A program made the position numbers and the translations under genes. Source: Guillardia theta CCMP2712 (taxonomy: Eukaryota; Protista; Cryptophyta). Taken from it: 64,000 bases of DNA. The DNA lies in contig NW_005434611.1 in the NCBI RefSeq assembly GCF_000315625.1, positions 312,045 through 376,044 of the forward strand. Direction: 5' to 3'. Positions 40,902 through 53,929 of this stretch are shown here, piece by piece (within the stretch, counting starts at the first letter, position 1; every line of letters begins with the position of its first letter). The notes under the pieces were generated by a model that ran no database searches, was not told where the DNA came from, and saw nothing but the letters and a program-made list of their open reading frames with translations.

Positions 40902-42989
40902 GTCCTGTAGAAAACAGTCAGTCCTGTCACCAACTCGTCGAAAACCATAGGCGTGGTTCGACGCCTCCTCCTCTTGTAATCTCCGCTTTCTCATCACGGA
41001 CTATTCTAATCGCCAAAGCCTCTGCTCCTTGAACCTACAACATTCCCACTCTTTTGTTCCAATCCAAATCCATTTCATTCACAGGTAGTCCAAAGGTCAC
41101 TTTCCATCCAAACTCATCTCGCTTCCAGAATTCTTTCTCGAATCCCTCTCATTTTCGATTCTATCACTTTGGACATACTTGACTTCACTTCATCTATGCA
41201 TGGTTCACAGCTGATCCCTCGTCCCGGTTCACTCCGATTCCTCCGCTCTCTCGGTTTCTTTCACCTCTCGTCCATTCGCTGCACTCAAATCATTCCTGGT
41301 TTTTGGTCTCTTGCTCTTTTCTCTCCTCACTCTTTCCCGTTTCCTCCTCCTCCTTCAGTCTTCCCGCTCCTCCTTCCCCTTGTGTCAGGCTCTTTCTCCT
41401 CCTGCCATCTTCGCACACATCAGCCTTTACCACTCTACCCCCCATTGACTACCCCCACATGTGCCACACCCACCCACCTTTCTCACTACCCACCCATCAA
41501 TTTTTGTAATTTTTGATTACAAAGCAGGGGTAATCGATTGCTCCGATTTGAACCCTTACCTACACAGATTTCATTTTTGGAAGTACCCCACCTACATTTG
41601 GAGAGACCCACCCCTCCATTCCTGATAAAGTACCTACCCACCCATAGGGCAAAAGAAAGGAGAATGGATTTACGAGGGGTACCCATGCACCCCCCAAGTG
41701 TGGTACCCCATCGGAGCACACATTGTACCCCACCACCCTCACAGACTTGCTTTTAGCAACTCGAATGCCACATGTTGTACCCCTCACCCTTTTAAATGAC
41801 TGCTCGGTACCCACCCTTGATTAAACATTTCTGACCCACCCCACCCCCGAGAGTTGTTTTACCACCCACCCTTCTCCCATACGAGTCACTTGTACCCCTC
41901 TATTGTTTACTACTCCAGCTTCGTGACCCCCTGGTGGATACCTCTTCTCTTTTTATTACCCCATGAGGGGTGGGGGTACTACAGGTGGATAGAGGGATAC
42001 AACGTAATTGAGGGCTGGGGGACGGACAGGGTAGTCAATGGAGGGGGTAGGGTATCTGTTGTAGTGGAGTGGAAGTGAGGTCATTGAGTGGGGTACTCTT
42101 GGGGTATTGAGTGGGGTAGGGTAGTCTTGATGGGGAGGTATTTGTTAATTTCATGGTGGGGTAGTCAAGCTGTCAGCTGAGTCATGATCAGGAGTGGGGG
42201 CAATAACACACCAGGGGTAGTAAATCCACTCAATCGGAGGGTAGGGGTAGTAAAAGGTCTTGGTTGCTCGGGGGTTGCATGGGGTGATGCTGCTGGTCAA
42301 TTTTGATAGGTGGGGGTGGAAGTGAATTATGGTCAATAGTAGGGTGGGTAGTGGTTGTTTCCAGGAGGTACCCCTTTTTTCCTCATAAAGTACCCCCTGT
42401 CGATTCCCAGTCCCACCACCCACCCCGCTGGTTCGATAATGAAACTTTGCGTATAACTTGGCGACTGGTAGGCATCTCCGACGGACACGTTCACTGCCCG
42501 GTGCTCCGAGGTTCAAGGTACGGTCGGTCACTGAGCTACTATGCCGGGGCCGGCCCCCGGGACCCCGGCCGCGCCGCAGCAGTGCCCGGCCGGGCCCACG
42601 CCGCCTCCGCTGCCCGGCGGGACCTCCGAGCTCGGGCCTGGCCGCAGTTGCCGGGGACCTCCGAGGCTCGGCCCGACTGCGGCCCGAGTCCCGGGTCGGG
42701 CCCGCGGAAACGGTCTTCAGATGACTGAGTCAACCGTCGACGAGTTGAAATCTATGATTTCAAGTTTAACTAACAACAAGTTGTACAACTGTGACCGTGA
42801 CTGTTCCGAGTGACGGTGGCCCCGCTGCCGCGCCGGGAGTGACTGATGACTGCAGTGACTCAGGCCCACCTGAGACGGTCCCCGCCCGGGATTGAGATTC
42901 GGAGTCCGGCCCCGGGCCGGTTCACTCTCTGACCAGCCAGCACGAGAAACGTCACGACTAAAGACGGCAAGTCAATCAAATTCTGCTCA

Positions 42990-45781
42990 CCGTGACTTGA
43001 GGTAGCGAGCTCTGCTCTCCTTCATGCTTCTTCCCTCCGATCCTTCACGTCGGGCAGGCGACGAGCTGGGTGAAGAGTCTGGGTAGGGCTGAGGCAAGGG
43101 GTAGAGAGGAGGAGGAAGCGTTTCTAGAGGAGCCCAGGCGCCATCCTCGTCATCCCTGAGACCTGCGATGAGGGCGAAGGCAGGAGACTTGACGACCTTA
43201 GGGGTCGAAGACTTCCTGCTGTCAGGAGCAACAAGCCCCGGCCCTGCCTCCGGCCTATGACGAGGCGTCGCCACCGCCTCCACAAGAGCTCGCCTGCTAT
43301 CCTGCAACACTCAGTGAGCGCCCGCGGCCCCTGAGGAGAGGAAGGCATGCCCGGGTGGGAGGAAGCTTGGACCGGAGCTCTGTCGCGCTAGTCCTGGGTC
43401 TTTTCTCCATCTCGTAGCGCTTGAGGTCGTCGTGTGCGGAGGTCAGATGAGTCGATGAGGAGGAGGTGGTGGTGGCCACTCTCAGCCCGCTCCTCGTCCA
43501 CTTCTTGTGCTCCAACTGAGCGACTCTCATTGCCTGGCGGCATCGGGTGAGGGAGGAGAGGAGGGAGGGAGAGGAGGGACCAGAGCTGCGATGGCCTCGT
43601 TGCACTTGAGGTGGTTCGAACTCTGAGAGCGAGCAAGAGGGTAGAGAGAGGGTAAGATAAATTGAGGTGTGAAAGGGAGGGAGAGACAATGAGGAGATAG
43701 ACTTTAGTCGATCTCGACAAACGTACCTGCGCCTCCTTCTCCTCTTGCTTCTCCTCCTCCTCCTTCTCCTCCGGCTCAGTCTGCTCTGCCGCATCCTGCC
43801 ATCTCGTACTGGTGGAGGCGTCTGCAAGGGGCTTGCTAGCCGTCTCGTGCTGTACGGAAGTGCCTGAGAGAGCGAAACCGAAGAGATGCTTTCGAATCTG
43901 GTCGAGCTCCCCTCGCACTGCCTTCACCTCCTCCTGCCCTGCTTTCGCTGCCAAACTGTCAAAGTGGAACCGCTGAGATCGAGAAAAACCGTTCAAGAGG
44001 AGGAGCAACTCGTTGTAACGGTCCGACAGCGCCTGTTGCTGCAATGGTGACTGCTCCATGACCATCCTGCACGTTCGATTCACTCCATGACTCAAAGTTG
44101 AGAGGCACTTGCATTGTTCCAGTGAGCGCTGCCCCTTCAAGCTCCTGTACCCTCAGCACGAGTCTCGATAAGGACGTGGAGGTGTTCTCCAGCTCGTTGG
44201 TGATCTACCCAATCATGAGCGGAGGAGCTGACGGGGAGGAGAATGACGAGGAAGAGGAAGGAGAAGAGGGGAGGGGTCAGGAGACAATGAAAGTCAAAGA
44301 AAGGGAGGGGAGTCAGCATACTCTGGATATGTCATCGTCTTGCGGGAGCTTCTGCTGGTCCCCGAGTGCCGCCAGCATTTTCTGTGATTTTCAGTCTCAC
44401 CAGGGGCCCTCAGCATCACCTGCGAGCACGCGCTCACCTGCGACCCCGCTCGTTCACTCCTCCTCAGCTGCTTCACGAACAGGTCGAGCTCCTGTACCTT
44501 GCCGCACAAGGTGTCGAACTCTGCCTTGTCTGCTTTCCTCTTCGTCAGCGACCCGTGGGCTTCGATGATCTGCCGGAACACAGCTCCTGTCTTAGCTGGC
44601 ATGCTCTGCTCTATCCTCCTCGTCTCCTCCTGACTCTCTAGGTCGATCCTCTCCTCCTGCTTCTCCGCAGGCTGCTGCCCCCGGCTCTCCTCATACTCCC
44701 CCGGCTCCCTCCCCTCGATGTTCTGAACTTTCACCATCATGTCGATCCCTTCCACCTTGTCATGCAAGGCCGTCAGCCGCTGCTCTGACACCTGCCAATG
44801 ATGACCTTTACAGGCTGAAAAATGAGGGTCACAACATCCTGACACCTGCCATGCCGACACCATGCTCGCCATCGCCTGCTGCAGGTTCCCAGCCCAGTCA
44901 TCGTGCCCTTGGGAGGAGAGACCGGCTGCCGTCTCCTCCGTGAGGCTGCTGGCGGTATCCAACCTCTCGATGATCTTCTCTCGCTCTATTTGATGCACGT
45001 AGCTCAACTTGTTCGCCTCCTCTATTTGCTGTGCCACTGCCGCTGCCTGCGCTGCCGCTGCCGCTGCCGCTTCCTGAGCCAGCTTGACCCCAGCTGCTGC
45101 ATCCTCTGACATCTTCTCGGCCTTCTCAGCTCGTTCGGACGTCAACCGCAGCTGCTCCTCAAGGATGGAGAGCTGAGTATCGAACGTCTCCTTCATCGAA
45201 GCAAACTGTCTTGCTGTCTCCTCCTTCTCCCGCTCGTTCTCCTCCTCCATCTCCTTCATCTTGATCTTCATGCTGGAGGTCTCTTTCCTCAGCAGGCTGA
45301 AGGACTCCTCTTGCTCCTCCCTCATTTTCGTCATCTCATCTGCCAACTTCTCTACTTGCGCCTCGAGCTTCGCGTTCAGCTCCGAGAGGCTGCGAGTCGT
45401 GTCCGACCTGAGGGCCTCGAGGTCAACGGCGAAGTCATTGAGCAAGTGACTGTGTGTGACTGCCGTCTTCTCCAGCTCAGCGATGCGGGCATCGTCCCTT
45501 TGCTGCAGACCTTGGAGCTCCTTGACCTCCGTCTCTAAGACATCTGCGCGGCCTGACAGCGACTCTTCCTTTCGCTCCAGCACATGGAGGAAAGAGCTGT
45601 GGTCCTCTGAAGACTGTATAAGGAACGAGATGCATCGTTGCAGGTAGCTCAAGTCGATCTGCACAAGATGAGCAGCTTGAAACGACTCCGTGGAGATGGG
45701 GATGCTGCAGAATGGATGTCAAGAACATCTGATGACCGCACAACAATACAAAGCAGGCCACCTCTCATTCTTTGCCGACAT
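42990..45781 (-). CDS. Long coiled-coil protein; multi-exon
   Basis: Extended E/K/L heptad-rich 456-aa ORF plus downstream GT-AG exons. Confidence 0.55.
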
Positions 45782-45929
45782 CCTTTACGGTAACATCGTA
45801 TCATGTCGCAATCTTGCTCATCGTCTGTCGAAACAGCAACTCCAAGAAATGCAAGTTAGCACAAACAACAAGGCAGGCTGAGTTCACTTGCTGCTTTCCC
45901 GGTCCTCTAATTTTCTTCACTCCTCCTGA

Positions 45930-46072
<143 letters not shown>

Positions 46073-46248
46073 TTCCTCGTTCTGGCCCACGCACTACCGC
46101 CATTGCTTTCCCTGCATTTTTACTGGTCAAAGTAGACACAACGGTTGACTGCTCTGACTGTGTTCCTTGGACAGAACTTCAATTATTCCGTGCACGGAAC
46201 ATTTACCAAAACGTAACAGCCATCAAGCTTGTCAACGGTTTGCTGGCG

Positions 46249-49200
46249 ATGGCGAAGGAGGGGGGAGGGAGGAGGAGGGAGGAGGAGGAGGAGGAGGGAG
46301 GAGAAGAGGAGAAGAGGCAGTACCAGGGGGAGAAGGGAAGAGGGGCAGACGAAGAAGGCGCATCAAGACCCCCCGAGCATGAGGCCCTTGAGACGAGGCG
46401 GCATGACGACGGTGACCGTCGAGCTCGGGTGACGCCATCTGGGTCGGAGCGAAGCCTCTACGAGGAGTCCATGTGCATTCAAATCGGATCTCACTCCATC
46501 CGGCTCCCGAGCTCCAACGACCTCACCAGGCAGCCAGCTGACGACGATGAGTATGGACCAGCCAACGCTGCCTCCCCAGCAGAGCCATGCGAACTAGTCG
46601 AGCATGGGCGAACCGGACTGCAAGAGCGTCAGCAGGAAGATAAAGAAGAAGCAAGGCAAGGAAGAGACGACGGCATGTGCCTGCGAGGGGAAGCTAAGGA
46701 GCCTCCAGAAGCGGAGGCGGATAGTCTCGTCAACACCGTAGAGGCGCTGGTGAACGAAGGGCTTGAACTCGCCAAGAAGCTTCCTCCGAGGATATTCCAC
46801 CAGGTCTCAGCGGTGAGCGACTAGCATGCTGCTGCTCTTCCTCTCACCCTCCCTCATGCTCACTGCAGGACATCTCTAGCTCCGGGCTGATTCACCAGGC
46901 GCTCAGGTTCTTCCACCAGCATACATCTCTCCCTCGCAAGGTCAGCCCTCCGCTCCCATCCAGCGCTTGACATGCTGCAGGACAAGGTCAGTAGCGTCTC
47001 CTTCCTCTCCTCCTCCTCTTCCCATCCCGTTCGCCGTCAAGTTCCGAAACCCAAGGCGAGGAAGAAGTCTCAAGCTCGTCTGGAGCAGGAGGAGAAGTCC
47101 ATCAGGCAGATCAAGTCGGAGATGATGCGAGAGCGAGCGGAGAAAGCTCGTCCTCCGCGAGTATCTCGCCAGTCTGCTCGACCGCTCGTCTCTATCGAGA
47201 GTGAAGAGGCGATGGAGGGGACGAGGATGATCACCAGCCCGAGATCGGTAGAAGCCTGTCTGCGATGCGGGCTATCACCCCAGCAACTGCTGAGCAGAAG
47301 CATGGAGAGCTTCGCTGAGGTAGGGCTGTCGAAGTTGCGACAGAGGATGAGGTACGAGCACGAGAAGGAGCAGAGGGATGATCGGGTGAGGAGAGTCCTG
47401 CGAACGAGGAAGAGGATCCTCCGGGTAGACTTGGCCGAAAGCCACGATGCTCAAGTGTCAGGAGCTGATACCACGGATGCCGGGGGAGAAAGTGAAGCTG
47501 CTGGACAAGGGAGGGCGCAGAGTTGCGACTCTTTGAGCAGTCGGAGGGATGGTGCCTCCACTGAGTCCAGCTCCATCAAGTTCATCGACGTTGAGAATCG
47601 ATCCTCCTCCTCACCTTACGTCAACAAGTTCCGCTCCACCCTCAGCCGCTCCAAAGTCTCGGCTGACTTCTCTGTCGAAGTATCGCTCGAAGTCACGAGG
47701 AGGAGGACGCGGACGGCGAAGGAGCTGCGAGCTGCCATGGCGGCTGAGAAGACGAGGGCGCAGCTAGAGGAACACATCCGATCCAAGATCAGGGCCAAGG
47801 AGGAGACGTTGAGGAAGAAGCAGCAGGAGCAGCGGATGTACCGCTTTGAGGTCATTCAGCAACGAGATGCTCGACTGAATGCTCGGAGGGCAGCGATCCT
47901 CGAGGAGCAGAGGAAGTGGAGGGAGCAACTAGCTGAGGAGGAGGCTGAAAGGAAGAGAATGTCGTCGAAGAAGCTGCAGGAGGAGAAAGAAATGAAGCTG
48001 GCGCAGAACAGAATCAAGCAGGAGATGGAGAGAGCAAAGGCAAGGGAACAGGAGAGGAAGAGGCTGCTGAAGGAGGAGGCGCGCAAGAAGCAGCAGCAGC
48101 AGCGGAGAGAAGAATTGGAGCAGAAATCTAGAGCGAGGGAGGAGGTTAGAAGGAGGCAGTTGCAGGAGGAGCGAGAAAAGAGGCAAGAGGAAGAGAGAGT
48201 CAAGCAGCTAAGGATGCAGACTGCTCAGGAAACAAGATGCGAGGAGGAGGAAAGAAGGAAAAGAGCTCTAGAGGAGAGGCGGTTGGAAGAGGAGAGAAAG
48301 TTGGAGAGGTTGGAGGAAGAGAGGAGGGCAGCCTTGTTGAAGCGAAAGGAGGAGAAGAAGGTAAGGGAGGAATGGCACGAAGAGGTTCGCCGGAGCAGGC
48401 AGGAGGAGTACAACGAGTGGCTCCATGTGGTTCAAAAGTCGCTGGAGGAGGAGAGGAGCACGCGAAGATTTGACGAGGTGAGGGAGGAGGGAGGAAGGTG
48501 GTGCATGACGTTGCTGTTGCGCAGGCGATGAAAGAAAAGATGAGGAGGATGGAGGATAGGAAAGAGAGGCTCGAGTTGAAGAGGATGGAGGCGATCGGGC
48601 TGCAGGAGAGGCGGTGTAACTACCTTGTCCGTGTGAGGGAGGACAAGGAGAGAAGCCTGAAGGACCTGAAAGAAGGAAGGAGGGCGAGGAAGGAGATCGA
48701 GGACGAGAGGAGGCGGTTGGAGCGACTCACCAAGATCGAGAGAGTGAGGGAGATGAGGAGGGCACAAGAATATCAGAGGCTGTTGCAAGCGAGAGCCAAC
48801 GACCAGGAAGCGCTGCAAGCGAGGTGAGCAGAGGAGAGATGGGGAGAGAGGGAGACGGGGGGAGGGAGGGAGAGGGAGAGGGCTGCGCTCAAGCTAGTGC
48901 AGGCAGAGGTTGGAGAGCAAGAAGAAGGCAAACCACGAGAAGCTGAAGGTGTTGTCGGAGATCGAGAAGGAGAAGGAGGAGGCCAAGCACATGCTGAGCT
49001 TGTTCAACCGCCGACCGCAACAAGTCCTGGGCAAACTTGAGAAGCTCCTGCACAATATGGAAGACAAAGTCAACGAGTCCATACAAGCACCCGACCCCCA
49101 GCCTTCTCCTACTCAACTTTACAGCAAGTTCGGTCCTGTCCCTCCCTCCCGCAAGGCTCTGGTCGCGTCCTCCGGCTCCTCCTTTACCTCGCCGCTCTCG

Positions 49201-50770
49201 AAGCGAGTGAGACGAGGGTCGATGACGCCAACTCGACCCTCTTTGACGGAGACCCTCGACGATCAGCACGTCTCGAGCATTGATGTTGATGGGGTTGAAG
49301 GCAGCTTGGGAGCTGGCGGTGACGGAGGCGATGGACATGCGAAGCAGCAAGAAGTCGTTGAAAGGCAAGAGGAGGAGCAGAGCGAACCTGGTTGCGTCGT
49401 CTCTCCCAGATCCGACGAAGAGAGTCAGTACGGCTATGACGACAATGATTATGACATGGAAGACTCCGCGAGCGACCGCGAGTCCTCCGTCTCTAAACAC
49501 CTTCCGTCCGAACACGAGGAGGACGAGCCTGGCGGTGTTGGAAGAAACGACACGTTTGAAGAGGACGAGGACGAGGACGAGGATAGACGAGGGAAGGGGT
49601 ATCATCGAAACATGTGCAAGGAGGAGGAGGAGGAGGAGGAGGAGGAGGAGGAGGAGGAGGAGGAGGAGGAGGAGGAGGAGGAGGGTGTGGATTCTCACAA
49701 CTCGTCGTTTAGCTCTCTGCATGATGATCATTCGCCAGCACTCGAGGACTTTGAAGTGGATGAAGAAGAAGAAGGCAGAGGTCGCAAGAAAGCAGCATCA
49801 TCAGCTGGAGGAGGAGGAGGAGGAGGAGATCCAATGACAGGAAGTCTCGCGCAGGTGTCGGGGTTAAGCGGATGGGAGGCGAAGTCCTTGGAGCAGGAGA
49901 GTTTCGGGATTGAACGAGGGAGGGGGGAGGAAGGGAAGGAGCTGCTCATGGAGCTCAGGGAGCTTCTCCTGCTCCTTCCTCCTGCCTCTGCCCGACCCAT
50001 AGTTTCCTCTCTTCTCCTCAAGGATACTCCTCTCACCGCGTCCCTGCGGCTTCAGCTGTTGCAAGGGGAGGAGACGGCAGAGGCTGCTGACGCCTCTCCG
50101 AGGAAGAAGCGACTCCACCAGACGCCCAGCAGCATTAAGACCTTCCGACGCTCTCCCTCCTCTCAGACTTTGCGGTCAAGGCCTTCTCAACCTCCTCCTA
50201 CCGCAACAACTGCAACAACAGCAGCAACAGTCGAACGACTGGTCGCCTCCTCTCCCTACGTCGTCAGGTTCAAGTCGCCCAAACGACGAGGAGGAGGAGA
50301 AGCGCTCGAGGACGGGGAGCCTTTCTCCCTCCAGGCCCTCTCTCCCTCTAGGCCTGACCCTCATACCGTCCTCTCTCACAGCAGCTTCAAGCTCAGCCGA
50401 CGGGATCGCCAGCTCCCCCGTGGCCTCGCGAGCTTCCTCGAGCCTGAGGCCTCAAGTCCCACCAGACTTCGAGTGATTCAGGTAGGCCTACTGCTGTTGC
50501 TCTCCCTCTCCCTCTCCCTCTCCCTCTCCCTCCCCTTCTTCTCTTCAACTCTGACTTCTTCCCTCCCCTTTCTCCTCACCTCTCTTCCTCTCGCTCCCAT
50601 CCTGACGAGCGGCAGGTGCGAGGCAGCAAGTGGCTGCAGGCCAAGGAGGAGGCGCAGCTCGTGGATCCCTGGATGAGCCTGTGAGTCCTTGATGACTTCA
50701 TTCTCCTCCTCTCACTCCTCGCAGTCTCAGACAGGTCACGTCCCCTTCCCTCGAGTGTCGCAGCCCCTAG
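46249..50770 (+). CDS. Large charged coiled-coil/single-alpha-helix protein with CCDC177-like TSPRSxEAC motif
   Basis: MITSPRSVEACLRCGLSPQQLL..MRYEHEKEQR, then more than 400 aa of E/R/K-rich helix and an acidic/Ser-rich tail. Joined by short GT-AG introns. Confidence 0.6.
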
Positions 50771-50805
50771 AAGGCTCTGACGCTGAGCAGGCGGACTGAT
50801 GCAGT

Positions 50806-51263
50806 CCATGCAGTCTCGCTTATCTTTCAGCTCCATGTAGTCTCGCTTATCTTTCAGCTCCATGCAGTCTCGCTTATCTTTCAGCTCCATGCAGTCTCGC
50901 TTATCTTTCAGCTCCATGTAGTCTCGCTTATCTTTCAGCTCCATGTTCTTTCAGCTCCATGCACCATGTAGTCTCGCTTATCTTTCAGCTCCATGCAGTC
51001 TCGCTTATCTTCCAGCTCCATGCAGTCTCGCTTATCTTTCAGCTCCATGCAGTCTCGCTTATCTTCCAGCTCCATGCAGTCTCGCTTATCTTTCAGCTCC
51101 ATGCAGTCTCGCTTATCTTTCAGCTCCATGCAGTCTCGCTTATCTTTCAGCTCCATGCAGTCTCGCTTATCTTTCAGCTCCATGCAGTCTCGCTTATCTT
51201 TCAGCTCCATGCAGTCTCGCTTATCTTCCAGCTCCATGCAGTCTCGCTTATCTTTCAGCTCCA
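50806..51263. repeat. 27-bp minisatellite CCATGCAGTCTCGCTTATCTTTCAGCT
   Basis: About 16 near-identical head-to-tail copies with one internal disruption at ~50944-50963. Confidence 0.95.
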
Positions 51264-51569
51264 TCTAGTATTTCCTCTACCAAGTCCCAGATAGCAGTTG
51301 CTACGACCACAGGGAGCAGTTGCTTCTGATACTGGTTGACTGAGTCTATTATAGAATGAGCAGACTATAGAGAGTGAAGAGAGTTCTGGTCGCTACTAGT
51401 CTCAGACTGACTACTAGCGACCACATTGACATCCGTGAGGTTTTGCTCAACATAGACAAGAGGGAGAGTGAGCGAGACGGTGAGCGGCAGGGGCTTGTTT
51501 GACGTTTACAGTCGAAAGACCAGAAGCAAGTCAAACAAGATTGAAGGTTGATGAACGCGATGGCAGCAG

Positions 51570-52821
51570 CTGCTTCATGTCAGTCTGATGGCCGACAAAC
51601 TCAGAGCACGACCTGCTTCACTTGTTGCACCTGCTTCGCCTCCTCATCAGCGAGCGTCGAGCTCATCTCAGGCGTCTGCATAGGCTCGCGGTGCCTTGCG
51701 AGGTAGTCGCGAGGCCTAAGGGCGGGGTCAGGCTGGGAGGGAGAGGCAGGTCGACCTGAGCGAATGAGGCATGCTCTGACGCCCTCGGAAGCCTCCCTCC
51801 CGCTCCTTCACCTCCTGGAACATGCTCCAGATCTCCTGCCTGACACCAGCCTCACCCTCCTCACTCCTTCCTCTCTCCTCAGCTCAACCTCTTCTCGACG
51901 TCCTCAGCCATGTCTTCATGGCGATACCAGAACCCAGCTGCATGCCAGCTGTTGTTGCCTTCCAAGTTTCGTATCTCCCAGTCAGCTCCCGCCATCAGCA
52001 GCTGTCTCGCGGCTTCCGCGTGCCTGTCGGGTCTCGTGAGGCGACTGGCAGCATGGGAGGGAGGGTGAGCAAGTACCCATGAGCGACCGCGAGGTGCAGA
52101 GGCGTCTCAAGCCTCCAGTCCTGCACGTCCACCGCCGCAGAGGCCTCAAGCAAGCTCGCGACGATGATCGGCATCCCCGACAAACAGGCTGCATGCAGAG
52201 GAGTTCGGAGCTGAGAGTCGCTGACGTTGACATGGGCGCTGGCTTCAACAAGAGCCTTGACGGCTGACGAGTTTCCCGCAAGAGCAGCGACATGCAAGCA
52301 GGTCCTGCTGCCTGAGTCTCTTGCGTTGGTTGACGCCCCCAGCTGCAGCAAGCACTTGAGTGCTCCGGTTTTTCTGCTCTTGGCTGCAAGATGTGTCGGC
52401 AGCGTGTCGTTGGAGAAGGTCTGCAAGTAGTGACAGCATGAGGGATGGGCTCGACAGATCTCCACTAGCTTCTGTCTGTCGTCGTTGAGGATCGCCTCCT
52501 CCAGGGCAGAGCTCGTTTCTCTGCTCTCCTTGTCAGGCCTCGAGCTCGACGCGATCCAACCCTAGCGGCATCAGCAGAGTCACTTCCTCCCGCCCTCCCT
52601 CCCTCCTTCACCTCGTTTCGCTGCAGCTCGCCTGTCAGCTCGTTCAGAGGCTGCCTACCCGAGTGTTGCTGCTGCGTCAGCCAATGCTGGCGGCACGTCA
52701 GGTCAAGCAGAGGCACAGGCGGGTGACCTGGTCGAGGAGGAGGACCGTACAGGTCGGGGAGTGAGCGACGAGGGTCTCGACGGGAGGAGCAGCTCCAGAG
52801 CCCTGGCTCGATCCGGTCATC
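51570..52821 (-). CDS. Ankyrin-repeat protein; multi-exon, termini uncertain
   Basis: PTHLAAKS..GASTNARD..TCLHVAALAG..VNVSD..TPLHAACLSG..VDVQD..TPLHLAVAHG. Confidence 0.8.
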
Positions 52822-53373
52822 ATGCGACGAGGAGAGGCAGAGGGGAGGAGGCGAACCTGACCGGCAGACCAGTGCAAGTGACTGGGTTCCGCTCGTATGG
52901 TGCCTCTCAGCACAAAGAAAAGCTTGGGCTCTGACTTGTCAGCTACGACCTGCTACTTGTCAAGGATCAGAGATCAGAGCTCGATGCTGTCACTTGGCCC
53001 TGACGAAAGTGATGAGCGTGGATTTCATTCTCTATCTTCTTTCGGGCGTGACAATTCAGCGAATGAAACAAGTCGGTGTGTTGCAGGAAGCGATGAAAGT
53101 TCCTCCGTGCCAGCGATCCAAGTTGAGCCACCTGAAGTTGTGTGACCTCTCAGCTATAAAGCACACGAGCCTTACTCTCCTCTCGGCGCTCCTCGTGTCA
53201 AACTGCTCCTCCCACCCCTTCGGCGAACTTTCTGAGACGTTTCCAAAGGAACCATAAGTGTAAGATTGGACTTGCACGGGACGAGACTGTATCATCAAGG
53301 TCCTGATATCGCAATGACAGTCAGTCTGTTTGTGAAGCGCTATCTGCTAGCAGTCTTTGCACTTCTCCAAGGT

Positions 53374-53790
<417 letters not shown>

Positions 53791-53929
53791 TCCTCTTCCC
53801 CTTCACCGGAAATAAAGTCAGCAGGCAAAGGTCTGTCTAGTAGGTCCTGAGGCGCAATCACGGACAAGCTTCAACCTGCTATGCCGCGCTTGCACCCTGC
53901 TGCCCATAGCTAGCTATCCTACTGTGTCT

